NCBI GenBank assembly: GCA_002633005.1
Contig: NMRA01000086.1
Span: 777,390-841,389 of the forward strand
DNA length: 64,000 nucleotides
Reading direction: 5' to 3'
Source of the DNA: Phoronis australis
Lineage: Eukaryota > Animalia > Phoronida
Made by a program: the position numbers and the translations under genes. The notes under the pieces were generated by a model, which was not told the origin of the DNA, did not search any database, and was given only the letters and a program-made list of their open reading frames with translations. Numbering within the stretch: position 1 is the stretch's first letter; every line of letters starts with the position of its first letter. This document shows, piece after piece, positions 1-13,900 of the stretch.

Positions 1-1843
1 ATTACCAGCATGGATTTTTGCCTGATAACGTGGAATTTTTCATGAATTGCTCGCTTATGTACTTTGTGCGTTAAAAACCTATAATGTTGGTTGGATAGGT
101 AAACACATAACCTTTACTGCAGTGGGTCTATGAGTTGTGATCTTATGACCTGGTTTTTGAAAAAGGAACAGGATTCGAGACACAAATTAATAAATTCATC
201 TCATACGCGCTCTGACAAGAAGCCGGGCTTTCCTGCTTACCCCTTTGTGCCAGCAATGAGTCAGCCCGGAATTTTAACCACGGAAGTCAGTGACGGGCAA
301 TGTATACATAACCGAAGTGAATTAGTTTAACTTTAGGCGGTGACGAAGTCAATTGGCTCCCAGTTTGCGCTTGGAATACAGCATAAGACCTTATACGTGG
401 AAATATTTTGTCACATGCAGAATTCAGTTGTAAGTAGATTTTCTTTATTACTTGTTTTTTAATTTATTTTTACTTGTACATAAAGGTATACTTGTAATTT
501 ATCAATAAATTTTATCAACGACAAACTGCTGTCGTAAAAAACTTAGGTCACTACTTCTCGTAGTAGTCTGTCTGAATGGATATTATTTCTAGCTCCTGGT
601 TTCGAGCTGGTCTACAATGGTTTACTGGTAGTAAGGACATTGAAAAACGTGAACTATACATAGGTATTCCAGTACTGGTGAAAAGTAAGGACATTGCAAA
701 ACGTGAACTACCACATGGGTAATTCAGTACATGTATTTGTTCTTAGAGTTTGATGACAATGAGTCACAGTTTAAGTAGTCAATAAATAAATACTCTTGCT
801 TGTAATTCGGATTTTTTTGACATTTAGTTATCGCACGTGTTACCTTTTACAATTATATCCTTTATATTTTCGCACCTTCAAGCGACATCAAGCCGTTGAT
901 TTCTAAAAAAACAAGTTTGATTTAGGTCACTTACAGTAATAAAACCGGTAGCAGTTTTTTTACGGCTCGGTCGAACGTCGCAAGTAAGCACTCCACTATA
1001 CAATCACGGCTCGTGTTCTTTTTGTATATTGAATACAGCACACGGTATGGTCTGTTGTACTTCTGGCCGCTGATTTAACTTTTAGGTCACGATGAGTGGG
1101 CGACGGTAAATTAACTTGAGATTTGGTTTCAACCAAGTGCCCAGGCTATGACTTTTGATATTGTCACGCCAGGTTCTAAGTTTTGTGGCAGGAAAAACAA
1201 ATGGGCGACGGCGAGTGGGTGTGTTAAACTGCATGGTTATTAGTGTACTTTAACAAAGTCATTGCGTACGAGTGTTGGTAATATTCAGCTACTGGGGTAC
1301 CGAATTTTTAGAACCATTTTCTCCACCGAAAGCAGACGTTAATCAGGTTTTCAGTATGCTGCACACAAGTACGTGACTTTTGCCAGATTGTGCGTGTACG
1401 AGTTTAACTGAAATTCGCAATATTATTTCTGTCGTGTCTTAGCACTATGATGAGCGCCAACTGGCCCAGGAAACACCCTTCGGTTTGTAACTTGGTAAAC
1501 CGTAAGATATGAAAGTAACTGACATACGAACGGCGACATTTGACTCTGTGTCTAGTGGTTGCAGAACTAGAAATGACAGGAACAATACATTTATTTTGCC
1601 GCCTGAGAAGAAATGTGGCAAAAAGGTGTAAAGTCGGGAATTGTTACGTTGCTAGTGAGTGTGATGTACAGACAGTTATGGGTTTTTGTGTTTAGATATG
1701 TCTTATTCGGTCCAGTTAAAAATAGCTTCCTTGGACCGTGGCGGCACAAAACACCAAGTTGTGGCTAGTTAACGATCGCTCGTTTTCTACAAGCCAGGGT
1801 GTGTGTTGGATCCGTACTCGGTCTTCCGCCCTAAACCGTCTTA

Positions 1844-2349
1844 GGGGCCTTTCATACTAACGTCGACGCGTCGATGGTTTGGGGAGTTGCGGTCAGTATG
1901 AACGCTTAACTCCGGTCCTGGATCGCAGTTAAGAGCTCCAGTTAACATCGCAGTTAATAGGTGGATTTAAGACCGCAGTGTCGACGCTGCGGTGCAGTAT
2001 GAACGCTTAACTCCGGTCCAATCGAAGTTATCGCCAGGTGCCACTGTTATCATCAACAGTTACAGAGTAGTGCCGTCACTAATAACTACTTATTTTTGGG
2101 TTTAATGATAACCAATCGATTTAAAAATGAGTTTTATGTCATTTAGCACATTTAAATGTTCCAAATTGTCACATTGAAAAAAATCTTAGCGTGCAGCGCT
2201 ACCTTGCGATAACTTCGATGACGTCAGGGTCACCAACCCTTTACTTCGATGGTCATTAACTACCGAAGCCAGTATGAACGGTCCAGTTAACTGCGCTGTT
2301 TACGTCGACGCTCCGCTCAGACCGGAGTTAAGTCAATATGAAAGGGCCT
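1844..2349. mobile_element. Non-autonomous DNA transposon (PIF/Harbinger-like MITE), family A copy 1
   Basis: TIRs ggggcctttcatact / aatatgaaagggcct, internal agtatgaacg subrepeats; second copy at 24179-24642. Confidence 0.8.
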
Positions 2350-2730
2350 TTCGTTTGGAGTTGGGGTTCCAGCGATTACGTTACTGATGGGTTGCACGTG
2401 TCCGTTTCTCATGTTGACCAACCTAAATGCAAATGCGTAATCCAGCGAAATGGACTGATGAGTCAGACATATGTTTACCACATTACCTTAACTTTAATTA
2501 AAATCATTAGCATTCATATCACATTCGTCCTCACAGGTAAACACACTCTCGTTCCATGTGTGGACGTGGAGGATAATTCCTGTGTACTACAAGGCCACCA
2601 AATTACATAATTGGTTTTGGTCTGCGCCCAACTCATTTTGAAACCTGCGTCTGCAACTGACATAAGGGTTGAATAAGAATCTCGCGAGTAAAACTATAGT
2701 GCGCTCACGTGCTTTACTTGTAACACATAT

Positions 2731-3010
2731 CATGCGAACACCCGGTGGGGGGGGGGGGGGGGGNNTCGGGGGCTCAAACGAGCCCCCACTTTTTTGCGAA
2801 GCGGGCTAAAAGGATAAGGTCCGCCTCAGAGAAACAAAAACTCCGAAAAAGACGAAAACGAGACACAAGTCCATTAAAAGGGCAGGAACTATCGAAAATC
2901 GGGGAATGCACAATTCATGGCTCTGAACGTACCCAGTGAATCTTAGTAAAAGGTCCTCATTCTCAAAAATTCAAGCCCCCTCCCCATTTTTTAGGTCGGG
3001 TGCGCGCATG
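2731..3010. mobile_element. Short TIR element containing poly-G
   Basis: Termini catgcgaacacccg / cgggtgcgcgcatg are inverted repeats. Confidence 0.55.
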
Positions 3011-3937
3011 CATAGATCCCTCACGAAGCTTCATCTCGTGTTCTCGCGAGGGTATTGAACGGGCATCAGGTGACGATTGGTAACGAAAGAATTCCGACAC
3101 TTTTCAGCGGAGTGGAAACGAGTGACGCCTTGAAAAAAGTAGGATCCCATTCCATTTCAACTGACAACATATAACTTTCTTTTGACAATATAAACAGTTG
3201 AAAATACCCGCATCATTTTTTCAAGAAAAGCATGGATCAGAACCAGTGACGTTTTCTTTGGCCTACTAGTACGCAGGGTCTCCCTTTCTGTAAATAGGAC
3301 AATGGACTAGAGTTCTATGGAGCGGGCTAGAAGGGCCTTCCCTTTAGAACCCTATTATACGCGAAGACTTTCCGGATGTAACATAACATCAATGCAATTT
3401 TCTGCTGGCCGAAATGTGTTTAACACATGTGATAAGCCATGTATTGTTATGTATACAGTTACGTCACACGGTGCCTCTAATGAATATTAACACACATTGG
3501 AATCTACCAAGTTGCGCTGATTTAACTGCTCATGCAATGTCACCTCGGGATTTAGGTTATCAATGTTGATGCTTTTATTGTTTAGGAATTTTGTGAAGTT
3601 TAAAATGCTGATAGTCAGAACACGATTCCGTAAGGCATTGACGGAAAACTCAAAACCGTTGGTGAGTTTGCAATAACGTATAATAGAACTGTACTTTACT
3701 TTCATACCGTTGCACGCTCGACTCTTCCCTTTCGTTTGGTTGTGTTTCTCAGTGTACTCCATCTGGTATGTCGTCACGTGCGGTCATAGAACCATGATTG
3801 AGTGACTCCATCTATACCGGCTAGAGCAGACCTCATACGAGTATGTTATCAATATTTGGTTCATGTAGACCTACACGAATGTTTGCTGTGTAGATCGTTA
3901 TCAGTTATAGATTGAGAGTCCTCATAAGCTGCCCCTT

Positions 3938-4108
3938 CATGGTCGGTGCAGCAGTGAAAAAAGTGGGGGCTAAAGCCCACCAACCCCCCCCCCCCCCNCC
4001 CCCCCCCCCCCCCAAACCCCTGTGGTGGCCTATAGACCATGGGCGGCGCAGCACTGAAAAAAATGGGGGACTATAGCTCTCGTAGCCCACTATGGTGCGC
4101 CGCCCATG
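3938..4108. repeat. Two adjacent related short CATG-terminated TIR elements with poly-C
   Basis: catgggcggcgca...tgcgccgcccatg inverted pair; gcagca.tgaaaaaa.tggggg occurs twice. Confidence 0.5.
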
Positions 4109-5594
4109 CCCCATGTAATATTTGCAGTTCACAGTTTCATGTCCATCTTCGCAGTTCACAGTTTCAGTGCCCGATCTGATGAACACCGTTCGCATTATAA
4201 CATAGACAGCAAGGATTGTGATATTATCTCCGAGGAGCACATGCCAAATGAAATCCCTTGCCGGGTCTGGCGAATTAGATAAGAAACAAATCAATTGCAA
4301 CTGCCTGCCCCGGCATATCCCCGTTCATAAATGCTATTCCTTTCTCTAGTATCAAGGCGACAGTGAACGGTTACGAGTGTTACTTTTACTAGGGTAACAC
4401 CACAACCGATGAACGCTTATACTTCACTGTTTCGCTGCTTCTGACGTACTAAAATCACCGTCCCTCAGCCTATGGTAATCACGGTGCAGTTTTGTTGGAC
4501 AGCCGGTGACAATGAAATACGTAATCAATTTGCCGGAGCAATGCACTCATACTGTGGATTGATACACTTGAAAACTGTGGTAGAATTAAACTGTGCAACT
4601 CGCGTTTTAACTAGTCGAGTAGAAGTGGTGACTGTCTCAGGGTGAATGAAAAGGAAAACGGCATATCTTGTACCTGGGAGTGGTCCTAGCTTGTACGAAA
4701 GCATACATAAATGTATGTTGTCGGAAGTGTCGAATGTCTCGTCACATCCGGCTATAAAATCCATAGAAACAATGAAGTCTTGTCACCAAATTTCCCAGAT
4801 GCTTGCAAGTCCTTGGATATATTCTAGGCGTAAGCATGTACTCCATTTTTGTCTGTTAGACGTGTAATCCTTAGTTTCTACCTTTATTTTAACGCCTATA
4901 CAGTTGGTAAATTTGGATATATTGGCTCAAACCATCTCCTGGTGATTGAAAGGAGCGTATCCTTCGTTATCATGCAATTGGTATAGCTTGTGAGGAATAG
5001 ACTATGCCCGTGCTCCAACATGGATGAAACTGAGACTTTAATTTAATTTTCCTGTCGTATGCCTTTTGAATGATAGAAGTGTTTCGAGAAAGACCACGAA
5101 ATCTCGGACCACCACTTGTTAAATTAGTTCGAGATATTAAGTGAATTTGTTCAATATCATTCACTTTGGTTGTCATGAGAAAATTTAACAGTTCAACTTG
5201 CAGATCCAACGTGGATAAATATAATTTCTTGTTCGAAGAGCTTCATCAGATGGGACTGAATTTGTTTGCACTACAGTTCGTTTATAAAGTTGTTTATAAT
5301 GAAGCAGTGAGAATAGTTTTTGTCCAGTCATTTCCACTTTGAGCTTTGTTATCTGGAAGTGGGCGTAAAATAATATCTAGAAGTGGCCGTATATTAAGTT
5401 CAAACCTCAGTTAAGTTCATTTACTTACCAGAAGAAATGACATTTTAGACGTTTTGACCTGATCTCTTACAGGTAGATCGCTGTTAATCCTATTGTCATA
5501 CACTGGCTGCTTTTTATGGGACGCTCTATTCAGCGACCACTGAAGAAATCTGTTCCACTTGGAAGATCCGATCAATGCGTTGCGCGCACTTGTA

Positions 5595-6240
5595 TATGAA
5601 GCGCCAAATTGGTCTTAAACGAGTAACTTTTGTGCGTTGAAGTGTGCTTAATCAACGCGTAGTTTTGCTTAACGCGTGCTTTTAATCAATTCATATAGTC
5701 CAATCAAGTTTTTATTGTACAAAAATAAAACCCGAGGTGGTTCGTAGAGAAAAATACTTGTGTTCGGTATGATGTATTAAAAGCTTATGGTGTGATAGTA
5801 TAAAGATCTAACATATAACATGCAAGTGAACCTATTCCACCAATCAGAATGTGCGCCAAATACAAAACTAACCAATGGGGAAGATTAGCTTGGACTGGGA
5901 TGATTTGTAAAAATATGTCAAGAGGTAGCAACAATAACTTTAAACTGAACATGTACCGGGAATACCTAAGCTAATTTACCATGAAAACCTGTCATAAACA
6001 CATTCCAATGTGCTCTCATTCCTCAAATTAATTGATTAAAGAGAAGAACGATGATAGTTAAGAGCGAAAAGTACGCTTACATTATAAGTACGCGTAGAAT
6101 AAGCAAAAGAAAGCTTAAAGTAAACAAAAGTACTCGTAGATGAAGCAAAAGCACGCGTAAACTAAGGAAAAGGTACGCGTAGATTAAGCGCACTTCAACG
6201 CCAAAAAATTTACCCGTTTAACAACCCTTTGGCGTTTATA
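5595..6240. mobile_element. MITE with ~90-bp imperfect TIRs and 6-bp TSD (cttgta)
   Basis: tatgaagcgccaaa...gcgttgaagtgtgcttaatcaacgcgt versus acgcgtagattaagcgcacttcaacgc...tttggcgtttata; cttgta at 5589-5594 and 6241-6246. Confidence 0.75.
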
Positions 6241-7139
6241 CTTGTATAGAATTCCAAGCGCGTTCGGGTCTTACTCGTTAGCGCGTTAGGCGAACGGGTA
6301 AATTGAAGACACCCACGATTCCAGAGCTAATGAACATTCACGTTCAAAACATGACTTCAGAATTCATTGTCATTTTGTCAGTTTATAATGATGTTCAACA
6401 TCTTTGATTTGGCTGGGTTATTGAGCTTTTAATTACGTGACTTAAATGGGCCAGTGCACATGGGAGATAAAAATAATAAGGAACATCAGAATCTCAGTCT
6501 GATCAAGTCAAGTTTTAGAACCAGATCATAGCAGGCCACTACAACTCCAACAAGCGAGATGTTGCACACATCGACAAAGCGAATTGACGCGCTAGATTAA
6601 CGCGCTGATGTGAAAAAACACAACTGACTGGCATAGAATTCCATAGACTTCAGCTAAAACGGGCTGATTTACACAATATTATGCTCATATATCAACATGT
6701 AGCTTATATGGCGTGTCATTTAGTGGGAAATGTCGTGGTTGTTACTTCAGACGTCACGAGGTCAGCTTTCTTGTATTTTGGTATTTCCTGGTTTTTATTT
6801 GAATCTGACTTATGTCCAACGTTTTTGTTGATTATATCATCACAGGTTTGATGATATGATCTCTGTAAGTTTCAAGAATTGGTTGGCCATATACACGAAT
6901 TTGCTTATACCAACTGAAGCTGGACCTTTACAAAGGTGCTGTGAAATCATCCTGTAATTTTTTGATTTTGCTTACTATGTACCTTAGGAAATAAGAATGA
7001 AAATGAGTATGTAGAATATTGCGAATATAGGCGTTTGCGGGTAATTGTAGTTGGCTAAAGAACCGAGTAGGTATTAGGAAGGTAGGCGGTAATTAGTAAG
7101 AGTAAATTGGCTACGGTAAATACAGTCACCAGATGGCGA

Positions 7140-7236
7140 GACCGTCTCGTTCAGGTTTGACTCACTCAGAACTGTCAAACAACAAAGTCGCGGCGATCGA
7201 CAACATTTCACGAATAAGCTAAAACGTTCGGCAAAG
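7140..7236 (+). other. Probable non-coding first exon (5' UTR) of the integrin alpha gene; 5' boundary approximate
   Basis: Strong donor AAG|GTAAGC at 7237 pairs with polypyrimidine acceptor ttattttcag ending 7490 upstream of the start codon. Confidence 0.55.
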
Positions 7237-7649
7237 GTAAGCAGAACCAGTTATGAACAACAGAAATCTCCGCTTGACATTGGTTTTGATGCCCGATATT
7301 TCAAAATAATGCCACCCTTTTTCATTTAAAAAGTCGCATCTGGCTGCCTCGAGTTATTTACCCCTACCCTCCCCCCGATATGCTAGATTTGTGCATACGC
7401 TCTTTTGGTTTTTTAAGTTTTTGAATCGAAAATCAATTGCCTTTTCCTGCCAGCCTGTGATCAGCTTTATCGTTTTTTTGTTATTTTCAGATGGATTAAT
7501 CAGAAGTCACCATCAAGATCGCTTGACGTGGTTACATTGTATTTATAACTCGAAATTTAAGGCCAAGGGAAAAATCACGAGCCTTGCATTATAAGGAACC
7601 AGTGCGAAGAAGAAAGTGTTAATATAACCTGTTTACTTATTGTGAAGTC

Positions 7650-7930
7650 ATGGGAACAGAATGTCCGAAGATTCGTAGTTGCGCAGTGCGCCAAAGGTCT
7701 TTCACGTCGAAACTGCACGTGTGTTTACCTGCCAAAATGACGCTGTTCACTGTTACATTTGCTTTGTTGCTGGCAAACGCTTTTTGTTTCAATCTAGATC
7801 TACGGACAAAAGTTGTACATGAACCCAGTGGAGAAAATACCGTGGCTGGAGGAAATTTAAAATTCAAAATACAAAAGGGGTCGAAGTTTGGATTCTCTGT
7901 TGCTCAACATATTGAAGGAACAAATAACTG
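7650..7930 (+). CDS. Integrin alpha coding exon 1 (signal peptide, FNLDLRTKVV...GSKFGFSVAQHIEGTNNW)
   Basis: ORF 7650-7934; hydrophobic leader from ATG 7737 (MTLFTVTFALLLANAFC/FNLD); donor GTGAGT at 7931 (phase 2). Confidence 0.93.
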
Positions 7931-10900
7931 GTGAGTTTGATGACAACAAGCTATTATCTTCATTCTGTATGCGCTCTGCCATGAGGTAGGTGTATTTTCC
8001 TGACATCTGTAACCTAATGTGCAGATGCCCTGCATCCCACAAAAACGTCGAACACCGCAGTCCTGGACTAAAGTCGCGGCCTAAAGTCGCGTCCTATCAA
8101 CTGAAATCCTATTAGCTGTACAGTTCTCACTGACACATTATTGGACTTCCTGCGTAAGGAACGGGTGAGACTTCACGCCTTTCTTCCACTCTATTGAAAG
8201 CTGTGTGATGAAAATGAAAACTCAGTTGTGAATCTTTTCACAAAAAATCCGCTCCAGTATGCATGACCACAGACAACTTTATTCTGTGTGGTATTTTTGG
8301 CCCTTTTAAGTTCCACCAAAAAGGAAGCGAGGTTCCTGGAAAAGGTGGCAGTACCCTCCACAACATTGACAGTTTTCAGCCCAAAACCACGAACCTCCAT
8401 GTCAATGCTAGATTCTGAAAGCTAATTTCCTGCAGATTCCAAAATCAGATTCAAAAGTGCACGGGTCGGTGATAGAGGTGAGTGGATTGCGGCATAATTT
8501 GAAATCTTTTTCTGCAGAATATGTTGGTATGGAACACGGTGAAGTTTACGAAAACTCGAAGTACGAACGACGCGCTTAAATTCCTTTCGATGTTTAGACA
8601 TGGACTGAGATCTTTCCGTACGGTAGTATACTCTTTGTTGCGCTTCCTGTAATCCTGACACTCAGCCTCACATGAGCTGACAGGAAAAGTGTGTTTATCA
8701 CTCGGATGTCTAAAGGTTATAAATAAAAAGCTTTCAGTGTCGTTGATAAACCTCATTACTATGTGCCTAAATTTCCCAACGTGACTTCCACATTTTACTG
8801 ATGGCGGTGAATCTCATGAAATTACGGAAACTTGTTTTTTTCTTTTGACTTCGTAATAAACCCGCACTAAATACAACTTTTGATTTAAACCAGTCACCAC
8901 AAAGTCAAGCCGTTGTGAAGTTGGTCTCCAACTGTTCCTAAGTCAATCTGGAGATGATTTCAGGAATTCGAAAGTATCGACAGTTCGCGTTTTGCTCGAG
9001 ACCTGGCTCTTCAAGTTCGCTTGTCACGGCGTCTTGTTTTATATATTATGGTCTCATTAATAACCATAGCGAATTGTCAGTCTTTGCAAACCCAGAAACC
9101 ACCTCTATAGTCGTTCTATGATCTGAGAAAGGAACAAGTTGTGACCAATTTTACAGCGATAAGTGGTCTAAATTAAAATTTCGCTTCTTGGACCGAACGA
9201 TAGTTTACAAACTGACAGGAGATTTGATTTGTCTTCGAAGGTGGCGCATCCGTCTGTGGATGTGACTCACTCAATCAGGATGTGACATCTTGCGTTTGAC
9301 CTTTCGTTTAGCATCGTGTTTGTTTACAATAAACAAATGAGCTTGTGGCAGCTGCCTTAGAATCATGAAAGGTTCTGAAAAAAATATTTAAAGTTACTGA
9401 GCTCACTGTGCAAGAATGAAGATTTCGTGAAGTTATTGAAAAAACATGTGCTTTTGAGTCGGGTGTACATGTAAATCTCTAACATTCATGTGAGCCATAA
9501 GTCCAGATGGCCGGTAAGGTATCGGGGGGGGGGGGGGGGGGGGGGGNGGAAACTCTTTGAGTCCCCCTAAGTGCAACTGTGCACATTGATTTCTTATCTC
9601 ATGAAGGCTATCCGAAGCAATTGAAGAATTAAATATTTTTCTCAGAACAAATACGGAAAATGCGAGAAAGAAGTTAGTCTAATTTTAGGGGATAAAATTA
9701 ATATCTGGTTACAAGACCTGGAAGAATTTCAAAAAGCGTTGGTCCACGACTTCTGACGCCCAAAGTGCTCTTGCGCGAATACGTAAGATTTTGCGAAATA
9801 TCGCCATCGGATGCCCGAAGAAATACGGAACAGCATAAAGTGGTCACACTAGCTTCATTCGCGAGATTCTTGCGTCAGTACCGCGGAGCTCACAGGACTT
9901 CGTGCCTCGGTTAGTGTTCTCGAGACATGTGGCATTTGGTTTTTGATGGGTTGCGTTCACTAGATCTTTAGCAAGATTTTCAGTTTTGCGAGAAAGAAAG
10001 CAAGAGTCACGCGACACTGTCGCCGACACGGAACTCATTCCCCCGGTGAGACGGGAGCTTATTCTTGGTAGTGGCGGATTGACGTCGAGGCCGGAAATTT
10101 CGTATTAGTGGAGAACATTCACGGTAGAAGTCTTTTATAGATATGAGTTATTTCTTCTATTCTGTTGTGTCCCCATGCAAGACGAGAATCCCAGCAAGTT
10201 CTGAAGCCCCTATCGCCGGCAGGCCCGAAGTAACCGAGACTGATCAGTGAGCTGCAATGCTATCCAATGAGCTACCGTATATCATAGTTATATTTGTCTC
10301 ATTGATGCTACCATTGATCGAGAGCAGTCAAATGAGTAAACAAACATCACCCAATGAAAACAAATCCCGTGATTAATCTTGAGAAATTTGATGTTACTCA
10401 AAACTGAACCCAGTAAATTTGTGTCGCAATGAAAAAAAATAAAATTAAAAAAAAATAATGTTAGAAAAATTGCCTGCAAAAAATACTGATTTGAGGAAAT
10501 TGTCGCAACCATGCTGTTTTCTTTTCGCTTTTGTCTTGATTCACGTAACGCAGCCAAGACTCTTTCGCTTGGTGTAAAGCAGTGATACAGCTTCGCGTTG
10601 ATGCCAGATGGGTAAATAACTGTCCAAATAAAATCTGACACAAAATTAGTGTCACTAAAAACTATACTCTACCTTGAATAAACTAATTATTTGCCAATTT
10701 TGGAAAAATTGGCGTTCCGGCTACCGTTCCATTTTGTTACAAGTTTTAGTTATATCAGCTATACCGAATTTCAGAATAAATTTTGCTAAGCTGCCATCGT
10801 CTCCCGAGAGATGTCGCAAAGAATTTAAGAAATGGCGCGTGCGCTAATTGTTACGAGCATGGGCCTACTGTTTTCGAAACGATGACAGACTTTCTTGTTA

Positions 10901-13900
10901 CAAAAGGGCGGAGAGTTATGCAAGAAAATGCCGTTTATTAGATTTTTCATCTGAAAGGGCTGGAACGGGCAAGGTGAGCGTCGGTTGACTCCAAGATTTT
11001 GCATGGCACCCGCCGGTCGACGGTTAGCTCCACATGTTTTGGATTAGGCAATGTCTGGCAATGACCATCGGCTCTGTTTGACTGTCAGTGTTGGCGATGG
11101 TCATTGCATAGTTTTGGATACGAGTTTCACGATGAAGTGACGATCAGAACTATCCGCGTGGAATTTCGGGGTCTAAAGAAGCTCAACACAGTAGTGGTAC
11201 CAGCTGTATTTTGACGATGGTCTTCATACAGCTAGCTGACTTAGTGTACAGCTTTGACTTTGTACCAAGTTCAAGGCTAGTCTGTCGGCTGCACTTGCCA
11301 TCAGTTGGAAAACTGGGACAACTGCTTAGTTACTACTGTAGTGATGACAAAAACAGATGGATGTTTAGGAGTTTCTGTATATCAGTGAGCCCTGTGCAGG
11401 GCTGCCCCTATTGCAGATCTTACTGTCTCGGCCATCTGTACCAGAACTAAGGTCATCCAACGAACCATATTATTCCAATACTGAACTACATAGGCGGATT
11501 TAGGGGGGGGGGGGGGNCCCCCTTGGCTGCCGCAAAAAAATAAAACAGTAAGAGCGTAGGGAAATGTTGAGTTTATTAATTAACCCCAGTAATTAAAATA
11601 ATATGGATGAAAACAGATTTAAATGTGTGCAGTTTTAGTGTTGGGGGGGGGCTCAAATCCAATTTCAAGTGTCAAATTTGGAACACGGCGCATTCATAAC
11701 TAAACTATGACTAAGTATAGGCTCTCCCGCGATATCCCAGGCGACCAGCAGTGGCGCTGCGCACTACGACTCGGTTTCCGTCGTCTGCTCCACTGTGCAA
11801 TGAAGAAAATTTACTTCATTTTTTAAAGAAAATGGAACCTGAGTGACGATGAAAAAACAGGAGCTGCTGGTAAGATGTGAATTTTAATCGAAGCCTTAGT
11901 GAATCACTAAGAAACTCGCAATACTCTCTTAATGACTTAATGTCAAACCTTATCTTAAGACGATTTCCAAAGCAAAGCAATTATTGCCAACAAGAAAAAC
12001 GGATTTGGTCTTTTTGGCATTTGAAGACTATTTTAAATACGACAAATTTGTTAAGAATCGATGGCACAAAACGTGTAACAAACATTACAAAAAAGTAGGT
12101 TTCGCGCGCAAACGCTGTGGACCATAAACAAGTAGGTCTCTTAGTATGAGATTAGTAGTTAAATTGTGGTGGTGTAGTGGTAACGCACGCGTGCGCTATG
12201 CACCAGGTCGTGAGTTCTAGTCTGCTTCACTCGTTTTCCGTGTTTTTTTGCCTTTTTTTTCTTGGATAATACTTCAGGAATCGAGGAAAATGCTTGATTT
12301 TTAGAGGTAAAAACAGGAAAATTTCCTGGGCAAACCCCCCTCCCGACCTCCCCCCATTCANCAACATGACAGTCCAGTCTGCAGTAGGACAGTGCTGGCT
12401 GGGTCAGTCTGGGTCAACTAGGCATTACCAAAATAAAGTGAACTGAAAGCCAGCCAGCTGCCTCCTTTCATAGGTGACCGAAGGAACAACGGCATTCGAA
12501 AATCTCGAATAATTCAAAAGTAGACGTTGTAGCGCAAAATGGAAAATATCGTCTGAAAGCCCGTCCACAACTCTACGTACTTTGATAGAGCATACAATCA
12601 ACTACAATAAAGAACAATGGATGGCACAACATTACGGACGAGGCATGCTTTACAGTAGGACAGTGCTGGCTGGGTCAGTCTGGGTCAACTAGGCATAACC
12701 AAAACAAAGTGAGCTGAAAGCCAGCCAGCTGCGTGTGACCGAAGGAACAAGGGTATCCGAAAATCTCGAATAATTCAAAAACTAGATGTCGTAGCGCAAA
12801 ATGGAAAATATCTCCTGAAAGCCCGTTCAAAATTCTATCTAAAGTGATAGTTTGGCAAAAATCCAAAAAATTTTCGAGAAAATTGAAAATTTGCCGTTTT
12901 TTTTTGAAATTCAAAGTCAAATAACTCGAAAACAGTAAGTCTGAGGAATACGCTCTCGTAGACTTTTTGAAAGGCCATACTTCAAGAAATCCACATGCAA
13001 AAATTCACGTTATTTGCTCTTCCATAAAAATGCGACACCAGAGCGATTGAAACCGTGTGAACATGCCCCACAGCCGCCATCTTGAAAGTGACTTCCGGTT
13101 CAATAATTTTTTATAAAAGCTTATTAAACTCAACAAACACGTGACCAGTTTGAAAGTAATTGGTTTGCAAATACGCCCTCTACAGGAGAAAACGTTATTG
13201 GCCATATTTCGGGGTGCGCATGCGCCACGTCCAATATTTCCGCCGTCTTAAACCGGAAGTCAACGATTTTCTGCACAATTGTGGCACATGCGTTCTAATA
13301 TATTCGTACCGATTTTCAGCCATGTTGGTCAAAATGCGGCGTCTACGAGTATTTGACTGTGAAATCGGATACAAAGTGGCGGCCACGTCCGCCATTTTGT
13401 ATCCGATCATGACCAAAAACGTTCCAGCAGTTCCCGATCTACACGTTGTGTGCAAATTTCGTGAAAATGGGACGAAAATTGCGACCTGTAGAGAGCGGAA
13501 AAAAAAGAAAACTCCCTGTCAGACCAACATACTTGACGGAATTCTAATGACGGTCACGCTTAATTGTTACTAGGCAATGTACTAATTATATGACATAAGG
13601 CCATTTTGGTATGCAGTGTTGAGCAACCAAAGGTGTCGGTGAGTAACATTGGTGCTTCAGCACGTGTGGCCAAGGGGGCGGAGTTGGCCCGCTGACTGGA
13701 CATCTTGCCTCGCACTACTCTATTACGTCAACTCAACTTTGCCTGTAGCACAATATTTTGTGTATAGTCTTGACACAGCTAGCTGACTCATTATACTGGA
13801 ACTTGATGACTGTAGCCAGCACCTGGCAAAATTTCCAAATCACCACTTTGAGTTAGTTTGTGATGGTCCTGCATTGACCTTGAGACATACTGGTTTGCTC

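Noticed and set aside
1100-1620. Fragments (EWVC*TAW, FQYAAHK, RFVTW) faintly reminiscent of a P2X7 ballast-like or transposon accessory protein
   Set aside because: Too short and interrupted by stops to support without a profile search
4500-5350. Cluster of 70-80-aa ORFs upstream of the integrin gene
   Set aside because: No recognisable motifs or coherent exon structure
10200-10278. Minus-strand tRNA-like A-box (tagctcattggatagc)
   Set aside because: No convincing B-box or cloverleaf; at best a decayed SINE head
2745-11520. Poly-G/poly-C runs at ~2747, ~3984, ~9524 and ~11503 as G-quadruplex elements or Gly-rich ORFs
   Set aside because: Each contains N and most lie in repeat-like context; lengths are unreliable and likely sequencing or assembly weak points
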